From contig OZ176054.1 of assembly GCA_964247055.1 (NCBI GenBank), forward strand, positions 8,556,001-8,620,000: a stretch of DNA of 64,000 nt. Direction: 5' to 3'. This stretch comes from Paragordius varius. Lineage: Eukaryota; Animalia; Nematomorpha. The notes beneath the pieces were generated by a model, which saw nothing but the letters and a program-made list of their open reading frames with translations, did not search any database and was not told where the DNA came from. Below are positions 28,240 to 39,590 of the stretch, in pieces. How positions within the stretch are numbered: the first letter of the stretch is position 1; every line of letters starts with the position of its first letter. Both the position numbers and the translations under genes were made by a program.

Positions 28240-30230
28240 CAAGGTGTATCAAGAAAAGGGTGTAGCAGACCCACGTCGCCACTGTCCACAAAAACGTCCC
28301 TTGCTGCCCTTCCAAACACCAGTCAATGGTGGTTCAGTGACAGCCGTCTAGTTGCGTCGGGGGTCGGGTTGACTTCTAGGGATATAATGATAAGTTTATA
28401 TAAAGATATGTATGAAATAAAATGAAGATATATTTGGCATTTACAGGTAAATTAAATCCAATCGACTATATCCTATATATTTATACTAATGTTTAATAGA
28501 TCTAATATTCTTTAAGCTTAATTCAACCGAATGCATATTTATTATACTGTAACAGTATTTATCTTGTTTAATACAATTTTAAACCAATATTTAACTTTTG
28601 GTGGTATGTATTTCCGTTTTTAATCCATGTTTTTTTATAGTCTATAAATTCCAGTTGGTATTCACAAAGTGTCTGATATTCAAATCAATTTTTCTCCTTT
28701 TATATGTAAACCTAACATTTACAGTGGCGTATGCAGTAAAAGATTGTTAGTGCAAAATAATCTTAATGAACACAAAACAGGGGGACAATTTTCATATATT
28801 AAAGTCCTATTTATAAACATATCCATAATATCCCCCTATTAAGATTATTTTGCAGTAACAATCTTTTACTGCATACGCTACTGTATAGACCAATAAATTA
28901 AATTTTCTTTGATCAATCTCTTAATTAAAACAATTTTTCCCTTTGTAAAGTCCTCCTAAGATACCGCATTCGTTATCTTTAATCTATAAATTCCAGTTGT
29001 TATTTGCCTTTATAATACATTTAAAATTCCGCATTATAAATCTTTTTAATTTTTACAAGCAAATTAACAGCAGCAAATGGTTAAGATTTAACATATTTTT
29101 TTTAATGACTTTTTTATATATAAATGTGTAAAATCTAACAGTAGCAAATGGTTAAAATTTAACAAACTTTTTAATGGCTATTTTTACATAGCTAGCTTTC
29201 GATAAAAAAATTAACATTGGGCATAAGTCAAGCAAGAATAAACAGAAGGTCATAAAAATTCATATGATTTTGAAATGGTACACTTGGCATATACAAAAAC
29301 TTGGAAAAAATTGATCTTGTTTCACCCCTGGTACTTATACTGATACTGGAAAAATATATTTTGTTAACTTTTTATATATATAATTTAGTTTGTATATGTA
29401 ATTAAAACCTTTGATCTGTTTATATGATAATTTTGGCTAACTTTTTATAGTAAACTGGTTGGATTCAGAGGAGAATAAAATGTTTGGAAAAACTGTACAA
29501 TGTTTTAAAAGAAATTAAAGTATTCCATTATAATTTTCATGAACTCTTAAATAAACATATGCAAAATCACAAGTTTTTTTAATTTTTATAGAAATTAATC
29601 CCACTCTGGGTGAAGTTATTTGGTTTCATCAAAGTGTATCAACAAAAAGATGTAGACCCACGTCGCTAATGTTTACAGAAAACGTCTTCTGCTACCTTTT
29701 ACACCAGTGTAATGCATAAATGGAACCCTTTATGGATATAGGTTGACTTATAGCACAATTTTGTAAATATACTTGTATGTAATTAAATGATAAAGGGAAA
29801 ATAAAGTTTTTTCAGCTATATGCTCTATATTTATATGAATGGTTCAGTTTTATGGTATTTAATAACATTCTTTAAAGCACAACATATATAAATTTTAGCT
29901 GATTTTAACCGAAGTATATACTTATTTATCATGTTATAAGAAAAATTTTTCGTTTAACACGATTTTTTAGAGCATAAGTTCGATAAGTTTTGTGTTATTA
30001 TGGTCTTAATTTTATTTAAATTTTTTTATTAATTAAATCAATTTTTTTCTAGATTGGAAGCACTACCGATTTATATTTTTAATAAAAATTTAATTTTCGC
30101 CAAAAATATTCTAAACCTTTTTCCTTTTCGAGAACCTGTCAATATGCCGCATTCGTATAACATTTAATATCTTTTAAACTATAGATTCCACGTGTGATTT
30201 CGCCTCTATGATATACCGCATTTATATATT
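28240..30230. repeat. Old diverged direct duplication, period about 1.3-1.4 kb, with a GC-rich head
   Basis: GTGTATCAA...AGACCCACGTCGC...AAAACGTC...ACACCAGT...GGTTGACTT occurs at ~28244-28376 and ~29634-29749; downstream AACCGAA and CCGCATTCGT landmarks also recur in order. Confidence 0.6.
28722..28883. mobile_element. Minimal 162-bp MITE of the same family, TA-flanked
   Basis: TA|CAGTGGCGTATGCAGTAAAAGATTGTT ... AACAATCTTTTACTGCATACGCTACTG|TA. Confidence 0.8.
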
Positions 30231-30689
30231 AATTGCTAATCTGATTTGGTATATGCATCTTAAAAAATTTTTATATTATTTATTCCTTATAAGTCAATAT
30301 CCATTTATTTCAATGGTAACTACGATTTTTTTTTAAACTTGATATTAGAGGTATAATCGTAACAAAAAATGTTAATTTTAATTATTATATGTACATCCGT
30401 GCCCCAACCACCTACAATTAATAAATATATAAAGAAGCAGAAAAAGTTTCTCAAACCACGATAGCTAACATGCAATTTAAAATTTTGGAATTACACTATG
30501 AAGTGTTATTGCTTCAAAAAGAAGTTTAGAAAACACAAACTTCAATAATTTTAATTCATAGTATCAATTTATTTTTTAATATGCGTTTAATATATTTACT
30601 ATATGATCTCGTTTTTGTCGCCCTGAGATTCTTTCGTCTCTCAGAACACTAATTATCTAGATCAATCGATATCACATCATCTAATCATT

Positions 30690-31152
30690 CTTTGGAAATT
30701 TAGCCAGGTTATATATAACGGTGCAGCTTACAATAATATTAATTGCGGTATCCAAACGGACTCGCATTTTATAACGCAATATTGGAAACCGGCGTTTGAG
30801 TTGACCAAATACTCTTTCAATGACTACTCTCTCTTTGGTGTGGAATGCATTGAATTTAGTTTATATAAGGTTGTTGGAGTTTTAAAATGGTGTTATTTAA
30901 TATGGGCTAATTCCATACCCACTGTCACCCAATAATGCGCCATTGGTATTGGCTAAAAAGGAACGTATTATACTTTTGTGGAAAATCCGGCTATCGTGAA
31001 CGCTTCCCGGCATTTTAACGTTTAAACTCGTTATAAATTCATCACCGTCACAGGTAAATTGACAATTAAGGTTGCATCCACTTTTTCTGTGAATGTATTC
31101 GTCTCCAAATTGCTTAGGCCTCATGATGTCAATGTGACAGTCGATGGCACCT
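30690..31152 (-). pseudogene. PIF/Harbinger transposase remnant, DDE domain to C-terminus
   Basis: GAIDC.I.I.RP...Y..RK...NCQFTCD...PGSVHDSRIF...LLGDSGYGISPY, then NAFHTKERVVIERVFGQLKRRFPILRY...SCTVIYNL. Confidence 0.85.
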
Positions 31153-31537
31153 CGCCCTTCAAACACTCTTATATTATACTGCAAGTTTTACATGATACAG
31201 TTATAATCCATATATAATTATAGCATATATAATTATTTATTTTAAGCAACACCAGTCTCATGAAATAACATTGTGCTTAAAGAATCTAATCAAAGGTTTA
31301 GTATATTTGAGGGGCGATATATAATATTGTATTTAACTCATTAATCACGGAATAGGTGATATCTATCAAAAAACAATTTACGTAATTCAAGTAAAAATAT
31401 TTGTAATATATAGATTGTTGCACGTTAAACCCTGTAGATCTATAATTTAAGGTTAATTTATATTTGAAAATACATAAACCTTTTAGGTTATAGATTTAAA
31501 ATTTATATTGTGTTTATTATCTGGTTACAGTGGATAA

Positions 31538-32197
31538 ATGTACATGAACAATTTTCAAATCGGAGCGCAAAAAATAGAGTTGCAACATATGAAACGTTTG
31601 TTAAGATTAAATGAAGAAAGCATCGATTTTATGACTTCAAAAATTTTCCCTAATGGTATTAATGAAAAAAGTAGTGGCCCACTTTCACCCAGATTATGTG
31701 TGGATATTTTCCTCCGTTACATTAGCGACCCCGGGTTTCAGAGTTGGGCCGCTAATGATTTTGGTATAGAACGATCCACCGTAAATAAAACATTATCTAA
31801 AGTGGCGGAAAAAATCTGTCACCTGGCTCATAAATAGATCCGATTTCCTGCGACCAGTTCCAACTAAAAGACGCTAAACAATGGCAGAAGAATCATAAGA
31901 TGCCAAAGTCATAGGTGCCATCGACTGTCATATTGACATCATGAGGCCTAAGCAATTTGGAGACGATACATACATAGAATAAGTGGATGCAACCTTAATT
32001 GTCAATTTACCTGTGACGGTGATGAATTCATAACGAGTTTAAACGTTATGCCGGGAAGCGTTCACGATAGCCGGATTTTCCACAAAAGTATAATACGTTC
32101 CTTTTTAGCCAATACCAATGTCGCACTATTGGGTGACAGTGGGTATGGAATTAGTCCATATTAAATAACACCATTTTAAAACTCCAACAACCTTATA
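31538..32197 (+). pseudogene. PIF/Harbinger (HARBI1-like) transposase remnant, N-terminal HTH plus start of DDE domain
   Basis: LSPRLCVDIFLRY...FGIERSTVNK HTH-like segment, then VIGAIDC, CD, PGSVHDSRIF, LLGDSGY, with stops and frameshifts. Confidence 0.8.
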
Positions 32198-32342
32198 CAC
32201 CCTAAATATTTATAATTTTAACATATATGACTTTGAGTTTTACGCCAATAAATGCATATTGTAATGGGTGTTATTTTTTTGTTGATTTGATCAATAAATT
32301 TTCGTTGTAAAATTTTAAAATATTCCCCGCATATTTTAAATT

Positions 32343-32484
32343 GGGTGGTAAAAAAGTTACATTCATAAGCAAAAGACTTGACTTAAGTGTTTTATCACGA
32401 TCTTTAAGTGTACACTTGCTGACTTAAAACATACTCAACTTGCCACGCTTGGCTTACAAGTCAAGTGCGACTTTTTTATCACCC
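32343..32484. mobile_element. 142-bp MITE with GGGTGRTAAAAAAGT TIR next to the Harbinger remnant
   Basis: GGGTGGTAAAAAAGT ... ACTTTTTTATCACCC, with internal GACTT/AAGTC repeats. Confidence 0.55.
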
Positions 32485-32494
32485 TACCCAAAGT

Positions 32495-32666
32495 ATTTTT
32501 AAATATATTTTTTTATATTTCGGTTCATTAATGTTATCTAAGTGCAAACTTTGGCAATGGTTTCAATTTCCATATTATTTGAAATATTTAATATTAAACA
32601 GGTTTAAGATATTGTTCTATTCCAATTAAAGTCGAAGGATTAAAATGATTGTGTTGTATCCAAGTG
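32495..32666. mobile_element. Solo right-end fragment of the TTAA/CACTTGG element family
   Basis: Ends GTGTTGTATCCAAGTG|TTAA and resembles 27880-28040. Confidence 0.7.
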
Positions 32667-34331
32667 TTAAGCCAGCAAGCGTACAGTTGAAGATCGGTCA
32701 TAAAAAACACTTGTGTAAAGTATTTTGCATGAATGTAACATTTTTTGCCACCAATTCGAATTTTATGGAGATGTTTTATGATAATTTGTAACCAAAATTT
32801 ATGAAATAAGGCACAAAATGATAACTAGTTGATATATGCATATGAAGTTTTTCAAACACAATGGGACGTACGTTTATAATATTATAGATTTTATTAAATA
32901 AGCCTGGCACCTATTTTTAAGTTTATAAAGCCCCTAAAAACACTCCAATTATTTCACCACAATTAGCATATCTTCAAATATATCAAGAAATAGTTGTTTT
33001 TAATTTTGCGATATTTTTTTCCATTCGATAATCTTACCCAATATTTTCAGCCAATATCTTTCCAAACTGCTTCACGTTTTGCTAATCATTTTGTTAGGAA
33101 ATTAACCTTTATAGCGTTTCTGAATTTTATAAAACTAAGATTTCACAATTTTAAACAAAATTATTATTTTATTAGATATATAACTTCAATGACTTTAAAA
33201 AAAATGTACAATATGTATTACAGATATTATTAAATTCTTTGATCAAATCAATTGTAAATACACTATTAAAAAAAGTTTTAATTGGTTGTGGGATCATTTT
33301 CACGAAATTTTTTGTTTACGGGAATAAAAACTTAGGATACTTTCAGAACATCTATTAAGCAGAGTTTTTCCAAAAATTTCATCCTCTTTTGTATCCACCC
33401 AAGTTGAATAAGTTAGCTGCCCGAAAATTACTAATAAAAAATTATAACATTAACAAAGTTTACAATTACATAAACCTAATTTATAACATAGATATACAAA
33501 ATAATTTTATTAACATTTAAAATTTGTCAAGTGTGCCCGCAAAATATTAAAATTAAATTATTCATATGATGTTTACCACCTCAAAATCAAGTTTTCTGTT
33601 TGACCTAAATCCACTAATGTTAAAATTTTTTATCACATGAAAGCAAGTAATGACTTAAAATTGCAAGTTGTCAAATTATCACAAACCACTGAGTGATATA
33701 AATTACATAGCCAAATGAAAAATTAAACAATCAAAAAATTTATGTCCAGAGTGGTCCAACACAAATGGCTTGGATGGCCGCATTTTCAACTCCAAATATA
33801 CGCCAGGCGCATTTAAATAATATAAATGGACATAATAAATATTCTATTATATTACAATCATGGGCTGTAAAAAAAATACTACTCGAGATATTTTAGTTTT
33901 GCGTTTTTCTACCTTCAATAAAGAGTTTAAATATACTGTCTTTATGGTGTGTATAAAAAATTTTGAATGAAAATTTACCCTTCAGAACTCATAGTGTTTT
34001 ACGAAATCCAGTTTAAGTAATATGTGGTCTTTATCATACATAAATACTTTACAAATCGGAAATAACTTATCAAATAAATACTAGTATAAATAAGCAATAT
34101 AGATGTTATAATCCTTATTAAAATCAATACAAAGCAAATTATATAATTATACTAAGGAATTTTTTTAAACTATATATCCATCTATTTAGTGATTTAAATT
34201 TTTTTTCCGCAAATTTTTTTTTTCGGAGGGTTGCGTGTTAAATACCTCCGTATTGGTACGTCTGAATGCGATCTACTTATTTTTACTTATTATTGCATAT
34301 GCAAACTCATTTTCTATTCGGCAATTCAAAA

Positions 34332-37300
34332 ATGAATTTGCCCCAAATTTATGAACATTTTAATCAATATATCCATTGTTGGTATTATGGATTTTCTCAA
34401 AACCGCAACAAATTATTAGCTCATCTATTTATATGCATTCTAATTAATAATTCCAAAAAGTATAATAATTTACCGATTCAATGTTTAATATTTGCAAGTT
34501 CTGTGGCCTTGCTTTATGTTTATTTTAGCTATAATTTTTTCGCTATATTATTTTTCATCGCGACATCTACTACTCTTCAAATTATATTTAAAAAATCAAA
34601 ATACTTAATTGTCCCTATATTACTTAACATGATTATTTTACAGAGTTATATGAAATATGATGATTGGGAATCTATTAAGGGTAAAATCAAAATATATTTT
34701 AGGTTGCCTCATGATATTTCTGATGAAATTTTTGTCATCTTCCATGACATCTATCCCATGTTTACTGCTGTATTATTTGGATCCTGGATCTATAGTTTTT
34801 GGCCCTTGGTATAAGCCCACTGATAAAAAAGCTGAGTATCAAGTTACACATATTTAAATTTTTAGCTTATAAGCCTAAAAATTATTCCATGTCTCTTATC
34901 TTCAATCATAGCTTTTGGGTTTTCAACATGCTTTGAATTGATAGTACTATATACTCAATACAATTCTTTCACACATCATAAGTAAATTTGTTAGTTAGTT
35001 TGTGTATATCTTTTGTACACTTGTGGGTTAATTAACATAACGTAAAATTTTAAAATTGAAAACAGTGACCTCATAGATTATATATAAATTGCCCCTGATA
35101 TTTTTTTAATATGCTAACAACGAAATTCTTAAGGAAAATTTCGTTTAAAATATTTGTTGCCATATTTTGTGACATGTAGAATTTGATTTGGCATTCTAGT
35201 GACCCTTTTAATTAAATTTATTAACACAACGCTAAAATTTATTAACTACCATTTCTTGAATGCAATCTACTCAATATTAACAGAAATAAATATTGAATAG
35301 TCGGGTAAGAGGGCATTTAACCAAAATCTTTAAATTAGTTAACATAAATGTAAATATAATAGTAAACAATTAGGAGAAAGCCTGGTAATTAAACTTCATA
35401 TCATTAATTTGTATTCAGTCCCGTATAATTTTTCCGAAAAAGAATTTTTATCAATATGGTTCTGGATCCAAAAAAATGTCAAAAAATTTGATTTCGATTA
35501 TTTTATTATAAATATACAGATAGTTTAATCTAATATATAAATTAATGATCACCAAAATAAAGATTTAAATTATATTAATAGGGTTATTAAACAGTATTTT
35601 TTTTACTTTTCGAATCAAATAACAATTCTTGTTAAGACTGGATCAAAAAATATACAGAATAAATTTTTATACATCCTCGGTTCTTTTTAAAAAACGGCTT
35701 GACGGCTTTTGGAATTTTTCTGCTAGTCATACATGTTTTCTGAATATAAATATTAATCCACAACAAGCTGTTAACGTATTGTAACATAAGCTATTTAGGT
35801 TTAAAAATAATATTTTAATTTATATATTAACACGTTCAAAAGTTATTTAATATGATAACAATTATTTAGGATTTTAATGGATATTACAGGAATTTCACAA
35901 ATGTTTCAATTGTTTTGTATATTAATAATAGATGGATCATTGCATATATCCAAGCTCTCTCTTTTCGAACTGGCCACTATTTTATTTCATATTTTTCTGA
36001 AGCAACTTTTCTGCTAACTCATCCCCTAAAAGAGTATAAATACATATTTTTAAAGTTAATCTCATTCAATATTTCCATAAAATCAATCTTATTGCTTATT
36101 TTATTCGTAAGTTTTGTTAATACATTTATCAAAGGTATCAAGACTTTCAAATAACCAGAATGATGGAGATTGAGTTACCTTATTCTCTCACAACGGTAGT
36201 CATAGCATGGAACCGTCCAATGAGTCAATTCCTTAAACAATGTATTATCATTCAAAAATTTTATATATACCATTTATAATTCAAATTCACCCTTAAACAA
36301 TTCAAATTCACCCTTGAACAATTCAAATTTACCCTAAAAATAAATTATGTGTTTTCGAACTAATATAACTCATTATTAATATAAAATATATCTTTATGGC
36401 ATAATTAATTATTTTTTTCAGTATTATTTTAATTTAAAACAAAATTTTATTTTTTAAAAATTTATTAAAATATAGGTAAATTTTAATCTTAAAAAACATG
36501 TTATTTATTTGAGGGTGAATTTAAATTGTTCGAGGGTGAATTTGAATTGTTTAAGGGTGAATTTGAATTGTTCAAGGGTGAATTTGAATTGTTCAAGGGT
36601 GAATTTGAATTGTTTAAGGGTGAATTTGAATTGTTTAAGGGTGAATTTGAATTGTTTAAGGATGAATTTGAACTTTACAATTCAAATTCACCCTCGAACA
36701 ATTTATCGCCCTCAATTAAAATATATGTTTTTTAAGATTAAAAATTACCTCTATTTTGATTTTTAAAATATAAAGATTTTGATTCAAATTAATAAATGCT
36801 AAAAAAATAATAAATTATGCCATAAAAATATATTTCATATTATTAATGAGTTATATTAGTTCGAATACACACAATTTTTTTTTAGAGTAAATTTGAATTG
36901 TTCAAGGGTGAATTTGAACTGTAAATGGTATATTTAAAAGATAAATAGTTTAGTACTTATTAGGGTATATAGCTTTATCGTTTTAATTGACGTTTTTTGA
37001 ATTTTTAGTATAAAAATTAATATTAACCAATTCCATTATACTTACAAGGGTTAAGCTAAAAATTATTAATGAATTTTTATATTTAAACATAATTTTGGAG
37101 ATTTTTTATTTACATTTTATATATTATTGTTTTATAAATGATAATACTTTTTAGATATATTCAAGCCATTTCAAACATCTACCAATACTTTTTTCGCCTT
37201 AGTCCTGACATATCTATTTAGTTCTTTGCTTCACGTAAGTATTTTAAAGGTTTTTTAGAATTAACATTAGGATTAGGTTAATGCTCTTTTTGATATCCAG

Positions 37301-38617
37301 CCAAAAATTTGGACATATATATACACACCGCTATTGAAAATATTAAAAATAATAATATACCATTTACAGTTCAAATTCACCCTTGAACAATTCAAATTCA
37401 CCCTTGAACAATTCAAATTCACCTTTGAACAATTCAAATTCACCTTTGAACAATTCAAATTCACCCTAAAAATAAATAATGTGTTTTCGAACTAATATAA
37501 CTCATTATTAATATGAAATATATGTTTATGGTATAGTTTATTATTTTTTCAGTATTATTTTAATTTAAAAAATTTTTATTTTTTGAAAAATCTATAAAAT
37601 ATAGGTATTTTTTAATCTCAAAAAAACATATATTTTATTTGAGGGTGAATTTAAATTGTTCGAGGGTGAATTTGAATTGTTCAAGGGTGAATTTGAATTG
37701 TTCAAGGGTGAATTTGAATTGTTTAAGGGTGAAATTGAATTGTAAATGGTATATAATCGTTAAATCTGATTAATTAATTTCAGTATAAATTTGCGTTTAT
37801 GGAAAGTATTGACTGTACATAGTCGTTAATTACTTGTAATTATAAGCTATATACAAACAATTTATTTTATAGGGTTTAGAGTTACGCATTATGGCAATTC
37901 TATTATCGTTGGCATTTTATACGTACGTAGAATACGTTATACGGAAATCATTGAGCAAAACTCTGAATGCCTGTGTTGGACCAAAAAAATGTTTGCCCCA
38001 TTGCAATCATATGTATAAATCGGTATTTTTCATGTAATATAATTTAGCCCTATCACATATTTAAATTATTAAAAATTTTATATTTTAATTAAACATTACC
38101 TTAGTTTTGAAGAAAAAGCAAATAAATGGTTGAAACAAATTTTTAAATTGGAAAAATGTTTTTTATAATTATATTTTTGTCTTCTTTTTGTTATATAATA
38201 TATTTTGGAATTCTTAAGGTAGTTATAAAACATGATCATTTTCAATCAGGTTACTCAATAATGAGTCTCTAGTCTTCATGATTGAGTGCACTCAATATAA
38301 TTTTTTTATCAAGCCCTCTATACTTGTTTTTTGTCAAGGTTTATAAGATCGAGGGCAGCTTATTATTAGTCCTATAATTTTGCATTTTTTTAGATATATT
38401 ATCCCCATCTCTGCGTTCAATATTTATTGCTGGATTTATGTTAAGATTCTTGTTAAGATTACTATCTACGGTTCGTAGATTCTTTATTATTGGTTTTTTG
38501 TCACTAACCAAAGTTCTTAACTGTAAGGACGCTAACTATATACATGTTAAAAAATTTGATTTGGTTTAAGGCCTATTGATTTTTTATCGAATGAAATAAA
38601 ATTTTATATTTTGAATT

Positions 38618-38648
<31 letters not shown>

Positions 38649-38991
38649 TTGATAGAATCTATGGGTACGAATCATTAATTGGTTATTCACGTTCCAATCC
38701 ATGTTTCATTTGGCTTATTTAGGATGTCCGTTTGGTATGCCTGGACTCAATGATTTTTCTGAAGAGTTATCTCCGGATTATATCGATGAAGATACGACAA
38801 ATAACTTGAATGGTTGGATGCGATATATCCAACACTGGAAAATTACACATTTAAGATGGTCTTATCTTAATTACGCTAGTCATTTATATGTTCTAACATC
38901 TTATGTGATTTATATTTGTGTAACTCGTTTGTCCAATTTTTTTGTTGAAAGGACAAAAGCAAAACATGGCATTCATGATAAAAATGATTGA
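34332..38991 (+). CDS. PORCN: Protein-serine O-palmitoleoyltransferase porcupine (MBOAT family), 459 aa, 8 exons
   Basis: Exons 34332-34680, 34703-34842, 34866-34981, 35932-36033, 36135-36241, 37155-37234, 37873-38022, 38656-38991 sum to 1380 nt with consistent phases. Motifs match porcupine: W.SIKG.LMI.LMK, GSIVFGPW, W..AY..ALSF...HYF.SYFSEAT, IELP.S...VV..WN.PMS, SSLLH|G (catalytic His), LLSLAFYTYVEY..RK, C..HC.H, FHLAYLG. Confidence 0.93.
36266..36932. mobile_element. Foldback-like MITE with 21-bp minisatellite arms; fused inverted dimer in PORCN intron 5
   Basis: Termini TATACCATTTA / TAAATGGTATA; about 7.8 tandem copies of AAGGGTGAATTTGAATTGTTY at 36511-36674; the second half is the reverse complement of the first. 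Confidence 0.8.
37356..37753. mobile_element. Foldback-like 21-bp-repeat MITE in PORCN intron 6
   Basis: Same termini, about 4 repeat units in each arm in opposite orientation, and the same core as 36266-36674. Confidence 0.8.
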
Positions 38992-39363
38992 ATGCGTTGT
39001 TTAATTTTTATTAAAATGTGATTTGTGATATATTTGCAATGGAGTTTTAATCTCTTAATTTATGCATTTTTACCATTAATATATTTAAATTAAATTTTAT
39101 AAATGAAAAATTATTTGCGACGTTTACGATTTACAAATCAAGATTGGATTTCTATAGAATTTTAAATTAAATAAGGGAAATGATTGACTGGATATAAATT
39201 ACAAATTTGGTATAATTATTTGCTATAAATATTTTGGTATTTAAGGCTATGTATTGGATGGGTATATTAAAATTGAAACTATATGGCTAAATCCCGAAGC
39301 AAAAATGTATTAACAAAATTTGTAATGACATATATATTTTTTTAAAGCATCTTTTGTTACTTA

Positions 39364-39590
39364 CAGTCATGTATCCTTTATTTTATCAAAAAGTTGTTTC
39401 TTTCTTTAAATGGGTATAAATATTTGGTAAAGAATGGAAAAAACAAGAGCTTTATGGTATTAACAATATAATAGTCATCAAAAAGTATAAGAATTATCAT
39501 AGAGCTCTTGTTTTTTCCATTCTTTACCAAATATTTATACCTATTTAACAAAAAAATAAATCTTATGATAAAATAAAGAATACATGATTG
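39364..39590. repeat. Inverted repeat downstream of PORCN
   Basis: 44-bp arms 39413-39456 / 39498-39541 with one mismatch, plus outer arms 39364-39388 / 39566-39590. Confidence 0.75.

Noticed and set aside
30390-30530. Short coiled-coil-like frame (MQFKILELHYEVLLLQKEV) as the Harbinger Myb/SANT partner ORF
   Set aside because: Position and orientation are compatible, but no Myb-like domain is visible.
34224-34250. CGGAGG...CCTCCG hairpin upstream of PORCN
   Set aside because: A 6-bp stem is too short to support a regulatory call.
34266-34331. Upstream ATG extension of PORCN (MRSTYFYLL...)
   Set aside because: Starting at 34332 gives the length and N-terminal register expected for porcupine; the extension cannot be excluded but has no support.
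36511-36674. 21-bp repeat array as a CRISPR array
   Set aside because: Units are directly adjacent with no unique spacers, there are no cas genes, and the context is a eukaryotic intron.
36509-36766. ORFs with periodic peptides (RVNLNCS repeats / FKGEFEL repeats), also 37273-37464
   Set aside because: They are translations of the 21-bp minisatellite in an intronic MITE; a 21-nt period keeps frames open by chance.
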